DNA of 64,000 nt from Selaginella moellendorffii (taxonomy: Eukaryota > Plantae > Lycopodiophyta). Positions 1 through 14,491 of this stretch are shown here, piece after piece. The stretch spans positions 1,606,770-1,670,769 of the forward strand of contig NW_003314294.1 of the NCBI RefSeq assembly GCF_000143415.4, in the 5' to 3' direction. Within the stretch, counting starts at the first letter, position 1. Each line of letters starts with the position of its first letter. Position numbers and translations under genes: made by a program. Under the pieces are notes generated by a model. That model was not told the DNA's origin, made no database searches, and saw nothing but the letters and a program-made list of their open reading frames with translations.

Positions 1-2261
1 ACAAATTGAGCTTAAGATAAATTCAAATCTATATCAACCAATATGAAAAGGATAATAATGGGCTTATTGTTATAAAATTAAAGTTGAAAAATAAATATTA
101 AATGAAGTGGTGCTAAGTAAACCCTTTTGATGGTATTCCTAAAAGAAGAATAAGGGACATTAATTTATTTGCCCAAGGTCCCGCTACTATTTGTATGACT
201 CCTTATTTCTCAAAAAAATCTCAATGTAAAGAACTTCTACTACAAAAACACTAATAGGATATAATTGATATCAAAGTCACCACTCATGAAATGAAGGATG
301 CCAATATGGTAAATGTTAATAATGTTAATATTTATGGCCAAACTCATCTTATGCATTGCAATAAACATTATAGTCCACATCCTTGTCCTATCTTTGAATA
401 TAGGTAGTAGTAGCATTGAAATAAGATCATTTCCCACAGGAAGTGAAGTTAAAACACATATAGCTACAAGTGAAAAAGATGATATCTCATAGTGTTGTGT
501 TAGTTAAAGAACATCAAAGGTGGTTGAGCCAAATGTATGTACAAGTCCTATAAGATTTTAATGAAATGAGCCATAATATACCCAACTTGATTGGCTCCAA
601 CATATTTGGCTGTGCATGAAGCAAGAAACTCTAAAAACAAATATGAAATTGCATAATTGACTTAGATAGCCTTTGACAGAGATAATACAATTGCTAAAAG
701 GCATCATCATGGTTGCCAATATGTCAAAATGTATACTTAAAGACCTTTGAGAGAAGGCTCCAACCACACGAGTGGCTATGTTCAAACTATTTTACTATTG
801 CAATGCTATCCCTTGGAGATATATAGGGAATTTATGCATCCCAAGAATGATATATAGCAATCATTGTAAAGTGATTAAACTAATGGTACACATCATCCCT
901 AAGATTCCCACAAAATAAATTCAGCTGGATGCAAGGATTAATAGCAAGAATAAAAGGAATTGCATCACATGTCATAAATGCTATTATCAATTGAGTTTAA
1001 TTGGTCAACTACAACTATATAACATTAAGTAATTGCACTAATTGTTACTTCAAAGTCAAAAGAGGAGTATATTATTCTACCATAAAGAAAAAAGAAAATG
1101 AAAAACAAAAGAGAAGAAATGAAAAAACCATAGGAATTAAAGAAGATTTAGACAATGCAAAAGTTAAATCTAAACAAAAAGCACAATTATTATTCTTTAG
1201 GGACAATTAAAGTTGTGAGTTCATGGAATATAAAAATGAACATGCATATTAGATTAGCCCAAAAGCCCTAGGTTATATATAGGAGCGAGTGGTTTGCATT
1301 GCCCCATAGAGACTACAATAATATTAAGAGTGCACTCTTAGAGATACTAGTGAAACCACAAACATGAACCCCTGACACTACCCATGGGCCATCTGCCTCC
1401 TAGGTGACTCCACTGTGAAACTTGAAGCCATCTACTACACTTTGTGACATGTGAAACTGCCACGAAACACTGTAGGAATGGAGCTTCACATCCTCCTACA
1501 ATGGCACAATGAGAGATTTGCCATGGATCTAGAGATCTTGCTCACCCTAGTTGTGGTGGCAGCTAGGGTCTGCAAGCTTTGCAATTTGGGGCTTTTGGTT
1601 CTAGGGGGGAATTGAGTTTTGGGAATGATTGAGGCGAGGAAGAAGGACATTGCTAGCATCACTAGTCCTTTATTAACTTTGCCGGAGTGGCTATAACAAA
1701 GGATAGGCTTGTTTTCTCCTCTTTTGGCTTAGTTTTCACTCTTTTTCTTAATTTGACTTCACGGCTGACATCTAGGGAGTGGTCAGAAGCACTCCTCAGC
1801 AATGCTTCAATCTGATCTGGGATCTAGGAGATTTGGATGACCCTAGCTTGTGCTCTAGAATTAGGGCAGCTAGGGTTAGGGTTCCCCTGTTCCCTTACCT
1901 CTAGGGCTGGTTTAGAATTAACAACTTATGGTTAAATTTATTTGTTCCCCAAAGGTGATCTCAACACTAAAGGTATTACTACTGTACCAACCTCTTACAC
2001 CAAAGCTATATTTGTTCTTATGGTTTCAATGCTTATACCACACAAACTTGTAAAGGATCAAACTCATGATCAAAGAGGTAGTGAGGGTGGTGACATGGAT
2101 TAAGGCTTGTGAGGTAGCAAAGCTATATCATATGTAGGGGGAGTGAGGGTTAGGCCAAGCCTCACCCCACCCTTTAGAGACTTTGTGTTTAACAGCATTT
2201 CTTAGAGTATGCTTTAGAGTAGAGTATTTTGTTGCTTGCAAGAATCTTGAGTGTGGCTTAG

Positions 2262-4010
2262 TGTAAGTGACTAATTTTTCCATTCTACTTTAGTCACTTA
2301 ACCACACCTCCAACCACTTGGAGGAGTCTCATTCATAACTTCCATAAGTCCCATTCAGGACTTGGGGCTTGCTAGCCCCGAGAATGGCATCCATGCCACT
2401 CAAACTTTGCACTTGGTCCAAGTGCTCCATGTGTCCAGTCCTATGACTGACACCCCAAGGCACCACCAACATACCAGCCCGTTATGCTAGGCCATGCCCA
2501 TTCACCTTGGTCACATTGGTGGTCCAACACCACCTGCATTGCAATCTCGTCTCTCCAAGACTGGGCCATCCGTCCATGAATGGTCATCCTAGATCCACTC
2601 CTTAGCATCCTTAGGATGCCCACAGACATGGGGAATAACCTTCCCCAATATCTCCTTTTCGGTCCCCACCAAGTCCCTTTTTCTCCTTGGCCGTATTTGC
2701 CAACATTGCCACTGAATCAAGCCTATGGGCCCAACCACTAAGTCTCACTGTCCTCTAAGACTTCCTCACCGTGTGACTGTGTCCTTGGTCACCACACCAG
2801 AGGGCTACTCCTCTTCCTTTCCACAGTCTAGGACTTTGGGACAACATTTCGGAACACTGTGGCTCTACGTCATGGGTACTCTCCCCGCCTTCCACCTTTA
2901 GGTGCTCTAGCCATGGGCTTAGAGCAAGGTTCCGTTGAGCCACACTAGGTATCCAAGTAGGTAGTGCCACCCACACTTGGACTGGGAGCATCGACTAGTT
3001 AATCTCCCGGGGGAACTAGAGTTGGCTCTTGAACACTTTACCAAACTACCCCGCTTGTCGGTCCGTGTTCACTCTAGTCTTAGACATCCTAGTGGGCAGC
3101 TCATCACCCAACACTGGGTACAGCCTTCCTGGGCTAAACTGGCCTTTCCTGGCCCACTACAATCCTCCCCCTACTATACTTTTAGAGCTCACCAAACCCC
3201 CCAGGGTCTGGGAGACAAACACTTTGGGCTTTCACCCTCTTAGACTCGGATTCGGACTCGGACTCGGACTCGGACTCGGACTTGGGCTTGGGCTCGGTCT
3301 CGGCCTCGACCTTGGTCTCGGTCTCGGTCTCGGTCTCAGTCTTGGTCTTGGTCCCGGTCTCGGTCCCGGTCTCGGTCTCGGTCTTGATTTCGGACTCCAT
3401 CTCGGACTCCATCTTGTACTCCATCTCGGGTCCATCTCGGACTCCATCTCGGACTACATCTCAGACTCCATCTCGGGTCCATCTCGGACTCCATCTCGGG
3501 TCCATCTCAGACTCCATCTCGGGTCCGTCTCGGACTCAATCTTGGATCCATCTCGGGTCCACCTCGGACTCCACCTCAGACTCCATCTCGGACTCCACTT
3601 CGGGTCCATCTCGGACTCCACTTCGGGTCCATCTCGGACTCCATCTCGTGTCTGTCTCAAACTCAATCTCAGATCCATCTCGGGTCCACCTCGGACTCCA
3701 CCTCAAACTCCATCTCGGGGTCCTTCTCGGACTCCATTTCGGACTCCACTTTGGACTCCAACTCGGGTCCATCTCGGACACTTCCAAATGTTATGTGTTA
3801 GTCCTTTTGGGTCCCTTTTTGGGGCCTCACTTATTGCTCGCTTCGTGCTCGTTCCTTGAGCACTTTGTTGGGAGTTCCACTCCCACTCTTGACCTTTCAA
3901 GTCGGAGCTTTTAGTCCAAACGTGTTACGCTTGTTTTGTTTTCGCTTCGGCCACCACCTCATGGCACCCTTCCGGCTCCACTTTGGGGCCTAGGGATTTT
4001 GTGTCTCACA
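2262..4010 (-). repeat. LTR (3' LTR of copy A) containing a GGACTC/GGTCTC/CCATCTCGGACT minisatellite (~3242-3780)
   Basis: TG...CA termini; homologous to 7320-9882, 18999-20217, 40705-55390, 56080-57886, 61242-62075 and 62150-62792. Confidence 0.9.
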
Positions 4011-7000
4011 ACTCCACCACCCATAGACAAAGTTTGATGTCCTCATCAAACGATAAACTATTTTATAAAGTAATACCAACTTGTATTACCATTTTCATCC
4101 TTGGCCCCTCGCCAATATTTGTCAATGGTTTGATATTGAAGGCTCACCATGCCTTCCCCATCCTCTAAGGAGTATAGTCTCTCCAACTTAGAGACTGATT
4201 AGACCACTTGTGGTGGTTCTCTCCTTTTACTGGTTTAGTTCTTGCTAAATCTGTTAGAGACACCATCTCTATCTGAATCCCACTACTCCTTCTCGAGTAG
4301 TTTTAGTTTACATCGTTATAAGCTTTGCACTTTGGAACTTTCACTTTTGACTTCTTTAAGTCAATTTCCTAGGTGTTTCCAATACCTTGCATTGCACATA
4401 TTGTGCAACTCCACTTCCCCATCCTAGGAAGTTCTCTACTTGAGGGCACCACTGTCCTCTCTTCTATTTTGTGCCACCTTGGGCACTAAGTTCCAGTTAT
4501 CATAATTTGTGCTAGGGTTGTTTATGGCCCTATTATTTGGCTACCTTATCGCTCCTTGCCTTGGAGCTTCCGCTTTCACCAAATTGGAGCAATTAAGAAT
4601 CCATCCTTGGAAACACATTGTCTTTCTCACAATTGGTTAACACCCAACACATTAGTGTTCTTGGCCTAATTTTGCCTTTTTGGATTCTTTCCCCTGATTC
4701 CCATGGCTCTTTTCTTAGCCACTAGTCTTTTGCTCCTATCCGTGATTGTTGCACCCAACAACATAGAATTACTACTTCCATTTTCGAGGTATCCTTTTGG
4801 TTCCATAGCAAACACTTTGTTTTGCCAAGTCCAAAGGGTGTTAACCCCTAGTATGTCTCTTTAACATTTTCTGCTGTGGGCTCTATCCAAGGCCTAAGTT
4901 TTGAGACCCTCCTTTGGATCTTTTATAGAGACTACTTTCCTCAGACTTACTATGCCATCGCATTGACATTCTTAGGTGTTCTTCCCACTTGGTCACCTTG
5001 ACCAAGCCACTATCATCAATAGTTCAAATCAACACTTTTGAACTAGGAACTTTATCCCATAACCTCACAAGGACCTTATCCTTGTTTTAGCCATAAGACC
5101 ACTTAGTGATCTAACCTTGGCACTTTAACAGGTTTGCCAATAGGTACTAGGTCTTCCAGACCTTTAAGTTGTTGACCATGACCCCGGGGGCATCCCCCAC
5201 ACTTGGCAGTGCACCCAAGCCAGCCCTTCCAGCCAAGGGTCCATAGCAGCTAAGACTGGGTGTCCCCATCTCATTCACCACGTCCTTAGTGCCACTTGCA
5301 CCAAAGTGTTCAAGTTGGATATGCCGAGCTTTCACGCTGAGCAATCTAACCATGTATCACAACTTTGAGGCATCCCTCGCTTGGCAGTGTGCCCAAACCA
5401 GTCTCCTCACTGAGAGTCCATGACCACCAAAAAATAAGTGTCCTCATATTCCAAACCATCACCACGCCCTAGTGATTTGGGACTCAAACCCAAGCACTAA
5501 AGGGTCGGGACTCGAACCCAACCTCCGTATATGCATCTATGGATGGCATCGCACAGGATGCCTGGCGTGACCCCCACACCGATGCACCAATATGTACTTC
5601 AAGTGCACTACAAATCACAGCTTAGGAACCTAGTTCCTCCGCACTGCCAAGTCCTCTCGCTTGACAAGTCTGTGATCTTGCATGGACTCCTCCATGCTCG
5701 GCCCCATGGCCCACCTTTTTTGAAGTTATCACCTTCAACTAGGGTATTTGTTCCCCCAACTTGCCAATCTCGCTTGGCAAGTCCTCCGACCACTGTAACA
5801 TGGTTCCTGCATAAGCGTGAAAGTCCTTGACCATTGACTTTTGTTCAAAGCCCTCTCTTTGAACACTCGGGAACTACTTCCCCAACCTTGATAGTCTCAC
5901 CTCATAGCTAATTTCAAGACCACACTTCTGCTGCGCCACTCTGATTTCGCGTGCTCTAAGAACCATTTACACTTGGCTTTCTAGGTACTTATCTACCTAG
6001 AATTGTCTTCGGGAACCTTCAAGGAACTCTTGTTTCTTAGCTCGCTAAGGTTTCTCCTTTGCAAGCTCCCTAGTCACTATATGGTTTAACATGAATAATT
6101 TCACATTTTAGACTCTCCATGGCATTGCGGTTGCTAGTAACAACATCTTCGAGCACCCTCTTGATTCTCCACTCCCAACTTGTATAACCGCCCTCGGTTA
6201 TCCCCGTCGATTCTTATGGTTTGGTTCCATCCCTTTACTACTTTGTTTTTTGGCCTCATATGTTTCCTTCAATTATTCTCCTCCAGACTAAGAGGATAGC
6301 TTTGCACTTTCTACCATGCCTTAACAAGTATTCATAGGGATGAACCTACCCGATAGCCTCGAGAGTGGTTCCTCAATCCAAGTATGCTCACCTTGTAATC
6401 CCACACACCGGAATTAACGTTGCTACTCATGGGCCTTTATATGCCCATGATTAACCTTGCCAAAATCCCTTTTTGGCTTTGTCCAATTTGGGTAGACGGA
6501 CTTCTCCCGTCTCTGCAACCTTGGACATTTGGATAGCACCTCCTATCCATCATTCACTAGGGACTTTGTCCTTTGAGCATTATCCATTACCCCCTCTTGG
6601 TGTTCTAGAGTGCTTGGGTGTCCCAATGATGGCTTCTTTGACAATGAGCATTTCCTTTTACGACATTGACTTACTATATCACAACATAAACAACTTATCC
6701 CCGATAAGGGTATGTTTCACTTTAAGAAGTCTTGGGTAGCTACCTTCTACCCGTTTAACCAATTATCTTGCACCTCCTACTTAGTTGCCTCATAGTTGTC
6801 AAGTCCTACAACTCATTGCTGGTGCTTCCACACCTCCATCATTATCTGAGTCACCACACTCTACCACATGCCTTCCAGCTTAGGCTATGCCATTCCTATT
6901 TCCATTGGGATTCCCTTGGCAAGGGGTTCTCATAAACCCATCAACATAACCTGAAGGTATCACACCTTAGCCTATTTGGTGTCTCCACACCATCGGCTAC

Positions 7001-7319
7001 ATGAGTTTGCCTTTATGACACTTTGCACTTGTATCTAGGTCTTTGCCAAGACCAACCAAGTCGTTTCTCATGCCAACTATCCGTTAGCACTACACCATAA
7101 TGTTCGCACACAACTCTGCACCAAAGTTACTTCTTCTGGGAACACCTTTCCCACAACTTTAGTATGGCACATTCTACCACCCATGAAATACCCACTGTTC
7201 TCATACTTAGATCTTATGATCCTCCCCATCCTTCGTGGGGCATAACACACTTCAATCCAAATGTTTCCATCAGTCCTTTAAGACCAATTCTTGACTCCAC
7301 TTAAGTCATTCAGCCAAGT

Positions 7320-9882
7320 TGTAAGCGACTAATTTTTCCATTCTACTTTAGTCACTTAACTGCACCTCCAACCACTTGGAGGAGTCTTATTCACAACCTC
7401 CATAAGTCCCATTCAGGACTTAGGGCTTGCTAGCCCCGAGAATGGCATCCCTGCCACTCAACCTTTGCACTTGGTCCAAGTGCTCCATATGTCCAGTCCC
7501 ATGACTAACACCCCAAGGCACCACCAACATACCAGCCCATTATGCTAGGCCATGCCCATTCATCTTGGTCACATCGGTGGTCCAACACCACCTACATTGC
7601 AATCCCGTCTCTCCAAGACTGGGCCATCCGTCCATGAATGGTCATCCCAGATCCACTCTTTAGCATCCTTAGGATGCCCACAGACATGGGGAATAGCCTT
7701 CCCTAATATCTCCTTTTTGGTCCCCACCAAGTCCTTTTTTCTCCTTGGCCGTGTTCGCTAACATTGCCACTGGATCAAGCCCATGGGCCCGACCACTAAG
7801 TCTCACTGTCCTCTAAGACTTCCTCACCGTGTGACTGTGTCCTTGGTCACCACACCAGAGGGCTACTCCTCTTCCTTTCCACAGTCTAGGACTTTGGGAC
7901 AACATTTCGGAATACCGTGGCCCTACATGGGCCTCATGGGTACTCTCCCCGCCTTCCGCCTTTAGGTGCTCTAGCCATGGGCTTAGAGCAAGGTTCCATT
8001 GAGCCACACCAAGTATCCAAATAGGTAGTGCCACCCACACTTGGACTAGGAGCATCGGCCAGTCGATTTCTCGGGGGAACTAGAGCCAGCTCTTGAACAC
8101 TTTACCAAGCTACCCTACTTGTCGGTCCGTGTTCATTTTAGTCTTGGACATCCCAATGGGCAGCTCATCACCCAACACTGGGTACAGCCTTCCTGGGCCA
8201 AACTGGCCTTTCCTGGCCAAACTGGCTCCACTACAGTCCTCCCCCTACTATACTTTTGGAGCTCACCAAACCCCCCAGAGTTTGTGTCGCGAATGTGACT
8301 TCGGGTATCGAAAGATACTTGTCGGCCAGTCGTTACGGGCACTCTTTCCATACTACCGTGACGGCAGGAGATCGGTACAATTGGATCCCTTTAGTAGCCC
8401 CTCTTGTGCTAGTGGAGTTAACTGGGCATTTCAAGTGTATTTAGACCGGATGAGCATAAGGACGGAATTCCTACGTGCTATTAGCTAAGCATACTTAGCC
8501 CGGTAAGGAGTTCCCGTCTCGTTTTGTCTTGCACTTGCTAGTAACAAGAACCCTCGCTTATTGAGACTAGTCCCTCAATATCGCTAGATGATAGCTTACC
8601 GTGTCTGCCAAACACCCTCGCTATCACACTCTTTGTGTTGGTCTCATTTCGGTCCCAAATACTATTTATGGAAAGTGTCTAGATTAACTCATTTGGCATA
8701 TCTACGGAATGTAGAGATTGGCCCGAATACAATGGTGTTCGTCCCGTGTCCAAATTCGCAATCTAGTGCCATTCCATATTTAGTAAGTTTCAAGCTTGTC
8801 CCAGAGACTAACTCCTGATACTAAGGGAGGCTTGGGGTGAAAGCCCAAAGTGTGTGTTCCTCAAGGGGGGGGGGGGGCTATGGAGGGTTCCAAATGTATA
8901 GTAGGGATAGTGGTTGGAATGCATGTCCGACCACCTGAGACATTAATTTGGCTCCCGCTGGGTTGTGTCGCTCCTTGTTCTGCATCCGGCTTGGGTCTAA
9001 GCCCAAGCTCCACGCTGCTCTAGTCAGTGGAGTACCCTCCTTCTCGCATTAGGCCACCGGTATGCCAAAATTGTGCCAGACTCCATCTGACACCATTTTG
9101 CGTGCAGGTGCTGGATATGGGGAGCTGGTGCTCGTGGGATTGTACCAGACCCTTGTTTCGTAGTGCAACGGGCTTGGAGTTCAGCTCCAAATTCAGGTGC
9201 GCTACAGTTTGGGAGACGAATGCTTTGGGCTTTCACCCTCTCAGACTCGGACTCGGACTCGGACTCAGACTCGGACTCAGGCTTGGGCTCGGTCTCGGCC
9301 TCGGCCTTGGTTTCGGTCCTGGTCTCGGTCTTGGTCTTGGTCCCGGTCTCGGTCTCGGTCTCGACTTCGGACTCCATCTTGGGTCCATCTCGGACTCCAT
9401 CTCAGACTCCATCTCAGGTCCATCTTGGACTCCATGTCGGGTCCATCTCAGATTCCATCTCAGGTCCACCTAGGACTCCACCTTGGACTCCATCTCGGAC
9501 TCCATCTCAGGTCCATCTCAGACTCCATCTCTGGTCCGTTTCAGACTCAATCTTGGATCCATCTCGGGTCCACCTTGGACTCCACCTCAAACTCCATCTC
9601 GGGGTCTTTCTTGGACTCCACTTTGGACTCCAACTCGGGTCCATCTCGGACACTTCCACGTGTTATGCGTTGGTCCTTTTGGGTCCTTTTTTGGGGCCTC
9701 GCTTATTGCTAGCTTCGTGCTCGTTCCTCGAGCACTTTGTTGGGAGTTCCACTCCTGCTCTTGACCTTTCAAGTCGGAGCTTTTAGTCTAAATGTGTTAC
9801 GCTTGTTTGGTTTTCGCTTCAGCCACCACCTCATGGCACCCTTCCGGCTCCACTTTGGGGCCTAGGGATTTTGTGTCTCACA
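7320..9882 (-). repeat. LTR (5' LTR of copy A), interrupted by an unrelated solo LTR
   Basis: Collinear with 2262-4010 apart from the 922-bp insertion at 8285-9206. Confidence 0.88.
8285..9206. mobile_element. Solo LTR of a second family with 5-bp TSD GTTTG
   Basis: Starts TGTCGCG and ends CGCTACA; GTTTG at 8280-8284 and 9207-9211; other LTR copies show the empty site (CCCCAGGGTCTGGGAGAC). Confidence 0.9.
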
Positions 9883-10235
9883 CTTAAATTGGAGTGTGCT
9901 CACATTCATTCTGTGGACGTGGGTTCTTTTGTTTGAGCGAAAAGTGTGTTTCTATTAGTGTCCTAAGTACCTTGGAGTGAGTGTGTTCAGAGATCCTATG
10001 TCAGCATTTGCAGTGCCTTGTGAGGTTGGGTCATATACACATATTTTTTCCAAATCGTGAGGCTGCCATTAGCAAGTAAAGAGTGACCGGTCTGTGTTGG
10101 CGAGAGATCAAGGAAGCATTGCCAAGCTGCCATGTTGGATAATCTGTGCCACATGGCTTGAGTGATGAGTTTGTTCATTGCACCCTTCTTGGTATCAAAG
10201 GATTTGTGTGATGATTCTTGCATGTGGGGAAAGAA

Positions 10236-13200
10236 TTAGCTTATGAAGTGCAAGTTTCTTTTTTTGATCTTTAACCAGCTACTATTGTGGCATCTTCTTG
10301 AAGAGTTATGTAGGAAGATGGCTGGTGGTGGATCCAGTTTAAGACCATGTGAATCTCTACAATCTCTACAAAGCTTGAGAAGTAGAGTTAGGCTGATATT
10401 GCTAAAGAGGAGGAGTGCACCCAAGGAAAGACACAAGTGGCGGCATTTCTAGCTAGTGTCAAGGGAAAATATGCTCAAGAGGGTGGTGTAGGTATGTCCA
10501 AGGTTCAAGAGTGAGGAAAACATGCCTAAGATTAAGAAAAGGGGAAAGAGTGAGCTTTCCCTCAGTGGGAGATTCCGTGGGAGGATCAAATTGAGATAGG
10601 CCAAGGCTTAGGTGGTGAGGTGACGGCAACAAATCTTTCTGAGGTGACTTCATATCTTTCCACTGAGGAAGACCTTCTTTTAGACACAAGTATGGAGGAT
10701 TCTCACCATTGTTTGAGGTTAGAATGGCACCTTCAACATGCCTGAGGTTCCTTTCAACCATGCCACCAAATCTTGATGGAATGGTTGGTCCCTTTTATCT
10801 TAAATCTGCAAGTGTCAGTAGATTCCCACAGTTTGGCCAAGAATCTTCACGATCTCTGCCACAAAGTGATCTAACAAGTTCAAGAAGTGAGGAAGAGTGA
10901 GGTGGCTATTATCCAAGATCAACACGTAGTAATTTTGGAGTTGTAGGAAGTACTACACAAGCCTATATTGATGTAGAAGAAGAGGAGATGACATAGGGGT
11001 ATCTAGAGGCAATGATGGAAGAACCAATGCTATGGCCAAGCAAACGGAAGACTATACTAAATAGGTATCCCTAGTGTCTACCAGGCTAAGGACTTGCACA
11101 TCCCTATAAACCCTAAAATACCCCAATCTTATGCCCAAGAAGTAGACCAAGGATGTGAGTTTGAAATACAAGATGAGTACTTTGAGGATTTAGTAGAGAT
11201 TCCTAATGGTGAATTTTCTAAGGAAAGAATGGAGCATCAAAAGAGCAGGTAGAGAATGATGTGTGGACAGACGTCAAAAATCTTATAGCAACATTGACAC
11301 AAGACTTAAAGAGTCAACTCATGAAAGTCAATCATCAACTTGCATCTTTTGGGAGGAAATTAGCCAACCAAGGTGGTGGTGCCAAATGAAACAACAAATG
11401 CTTGAAATGCAATGGCAATCACGGGGCTTGAGATGAACCAGCAACATCCAGCTGCCACTCATGTTGTATACATTGAAGAAGATAATGTAGAGTGAATTGA
11501 GGCAATGGAAAATTTTGTTGCAAAATCTTTGGATTTAGATGCCAAACAGGAGGATGCAAGGCTGTATGCTATCTACACTTGAGAGCAGCAGAATAATGAT
11601 GAGGAACATTGAAAGAAAGTGGAGAAGTAGAAGAAACCTCTCGTAAGATCTTGAGATCTTAAACTAGAGACCAAGGAAATTACAAAGCACGTCAAAGAGT
11701 CTCTAGTCCATTTCCAACTTCAAGAAATCTTGATGACCAACAAGGGGAGGTGTGCATTGCAACTCCTAGTAAAACAAGTTGATGAAGATTGTCGCCAAAC
11801 AAAAGTGGAGTGAAAAAGATCCTAATCAGAGAAAACTGGAATCTTTGTGGTGTTTGATAGGTGGTCTGTGTGACCATATGCAACTATTGATGCCACCATA
11901 TTTGGAGTGAAGGTAGAAGCCTTACTTGATTCTTGGGCGAATCAATTTGTTCTTGATTATGAAGTTGTGAAGCAATTGAAGATTTAACACTTGGTTGAGC
12001 TTCGGCTTGCTGTGGTAGTAGGTGTTGGTGGGGAATCTACGAAAGCATTGGGCTTTATCCAAGATTTGTCAATCCAGAGATCCAAGTAACAGTCATGGTT
12101 AATCACCAGAATTTCTTGCTATTTGGGCTTGAAGCACATCTTTTGCTATAAGGATACCTCAAGCCACATAAATGTCTCTTCAAATTTTTCCATATTGATG
12201 AGCAAACATGCCAGTGCTAGTTACAATTCACATTGACTACTATATAAAGGGGAATGCAACATGTTTGGTCAGCTAGATCTTGAGTTTTTCCCAGACTGAG
12301 AAAGCAATCTAGGCCCCAACAGGTTCACAAAGTGCTCTTGATAGAGGAGAAGCAACGAGTTCATACAGTTACCCAGGCCATGAAAAATAAGTGAGCTATA
12401 TTTGAGAAAACTGGCAAAATTGGCAAACCCGATGAGGATGAAATGCAAGAATTTCCAAGTAATGTTCGCTTTGGGAACTTGGCACAAGAGCAAAATGAAG
12501 TGATGAAGTTAGCATGAGTGATGATAGGCATGCACAAAGCAGTCTTCCAAAAAAGTGGGTGGGAGCTCAATGTCACTCTTTTGGTCGAGCATCAAATAGA
12601 TATGGGAACAGCATCTCTGATCAGGTGATCCACGTATTGTTAATCTGAAGTAGAAAAGAAGGCTATCAACAACAAGGTGGACGTGATGTGCTGCCCGAAG
12701 CATCATTGAGCCTTTGGTATTTCTGTGAAGCTTCCCAGTGGTATTTGCACCTAAGTCTGATGGAAGTTTACACATGTGTGTGAACTATAAGCTGCTGAAT
12801 GATATGACACAGAAAGATTCTCATCCCATGCCATGGATAGATTCTATGCTCAATCGAATTAGGCAGTTGAAGGTTTTTTCCATCATTGATTGACATTCAA
12901 CATATTGGTAAATCGGACTTCAGGCTGATAGCAGAAGATGGCCTTTTTCACCCAATGCCAACTCATTATCTAATGTGCCAGTGACATTCCAGCACATGAT
13001 GAACAAGATTCTTTCACCACATGATGAGTATGCAAGACTGTACTTCGACAACATGTTGAGCCATTCACGGGCTACCTCAGAGAGTCTTCAGCATGTTTAC
13101 CAAGACAGCACTCCGAAGCTTCCTACAAATGGTCAACTACTATCAGCATTGGATTCCACAGTTCACATCTATGGCATTGCTGCTACTTGCACTATTAATG

Positions 13201-14480
13201 AAGGGGAAGCCATATATATAGATGGAAGAGAGGGAGAATGCCTTCCAAGTCCTGAAGGAGGTTGATCACGGCACTGGTGCTAGGGGTGCCAGATTCGGCA
13301 TTACCATTCATTCTTCAGATGGACTGGCAACCACAAGCTATGTCCGCGATTCTCTCAAATCGATTGATGGTATCTTCATATGACAAGTAGAGTCAGAATG
13401 TACTGCTCAAGGAATAGGACTTTTGTTAGGAGAACTGGGAACAAGCTCACCAAAACCAGAGAATCGACTTGAGTTGGAAGAAGGAGAGATTTGAAGCTTA
13501 GAAGAGACAGGGCAACCAGCACAAGAAGGGACCAAGCTAAGTGCTCACAGCCCAAAATCAAGAATCCCAGTATTTGGATTTTCAGTGAGCAATGTAGGGG
13601 AAAGTTATACAGATGCTGCAGAAAGGGTGGCTCTGCCAAAATACAAGTTCTGTGAGATATGTGGTATACTTACAAATGAGAACTTCAAGTGCAAATTTTG
13701 TGATTGAGTTGGACATAGCCGGTGCACTATGTGCAAGTTTTGTGTAGGAGAAGTGGTTGCGGATATCTGGGTGGAAAAGTGACTCTTAGATTTATGCGGG
13801 GAGATCCCCTAGATGGAATCTTAGGTAGAGAAGTCCAAAGAATCTGAAGGCAGGCAGTTAAGTATGCTTGGCAGTTCAAAAACTAGTGAGTGTTTTTCTT
13901 CATAGGACAAGGAAAGATGTTTAGAGAGGTACCTGCTCCTTGGAGGAGGGAAGAGATTGCATGGGACAGACATCAACAAGGGCATTATGGACAGAAGTGA
14001 ATGATAATGGCTATGTGAGAAAGATTCTTGAGAGACAGTAGTGAAGATTATGTTGAAGGGATGCTGAGCTTGTGTGAACCGGAAGTTGACCAAGATTCAG
14101 AAAAATGTGGAGCTGCAATTGACCAAGATTCCTCCGAAGCTGTTCTCACTAGTATGTATCAATCTCACAAGATACCAAGAACCTGCAGCAGAGAATCATT
14201 ATGTCATAGTTGTGATTGATTGGTTGATAAAGTGGCATGAAGCTGGTGCTTTAAAGACAAAGGAGGCCTCTAAGATGAGTGAATGGTTCTTTAGGGAGAT
14301 CATTTGCTGGTATGGAGCTCCTCATACAATCCTCTCAAACAATGGGAGGGAATTTGCCTCAAGACTTTGAAAGATGCCTCAAGTCATATGGGGTATGGCA
14401 TTGCACCATATTAGCATATTGGCTATGTGCAAATGGGCTGGTGGGGATGCTCACCATGGCAATCAAGACTCACATCAAGG
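10236..14480 (+). pseudogene. Degenerate Ty3/Gypsy gag-pol (protease, RT, integrase remnants)
   Basis: Protease-like VEALLDS near 11910; RT FPVVFAPKSDGSLHMCVNYKLLNDMTQKDSHPMP near 12730-12830; MPVTFQHMMNKIL...LYFDNML; integrase YVIVVIDWLIKWHEA...YGAPHTILSNNGREF (14074-14370). Many stops and frameshifts. Confidence 0.88.
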
Positions 14481-14491
14481 GACTTGGCCCT

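Larger units (their letters stand above)
2262..9882 (-). mobile_element. Non-autonomous LTR retroelement (LARD-like), copy A: two minisatellite-bearing LTRs around a ~3.3-kb non-coding interior
   Basis: Direct repeats 2262-4010 and 7320-9882 both run TGTAAG...TCTCACA. Flanks are CTTAG and CTTAA (5-bp TSD, 4/5 match). A purine tract GGGTGGTGGAGT lies on the minus strand next to 4010. No gag/pol ORF in the interior. Orientation taken from the PBS of copy B (55394). Confidence 0.85.

Noticed and set aside
1-1250. Possible hAT transposase C-terminal remnant on the minus strand (LNIATRVVGAFSQ near 750-790)
   Set aside because: AT-rich and too decayed; one weak motif and no TIR or TSD. A tBLASTn search would be needed.
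1250-2261. Probable LTR/5' region of the Gypsy element at 10236-14480, continuing at 9883-10235
   Set aside because: Plausible from context, but no termini, partner LTR or clear PBS could be fixed.
3029-3914. Long ORFs rich in LG, SD, RS or ESEM repeats (also 9027-9786, 18964-19629, 40631-41492, 56802-57907, 61259-62048)
   Set aside because: They are stop-free translations of the LTR minisatellite, open in several frames and on both strands; not SR or Sdr-like proteins.
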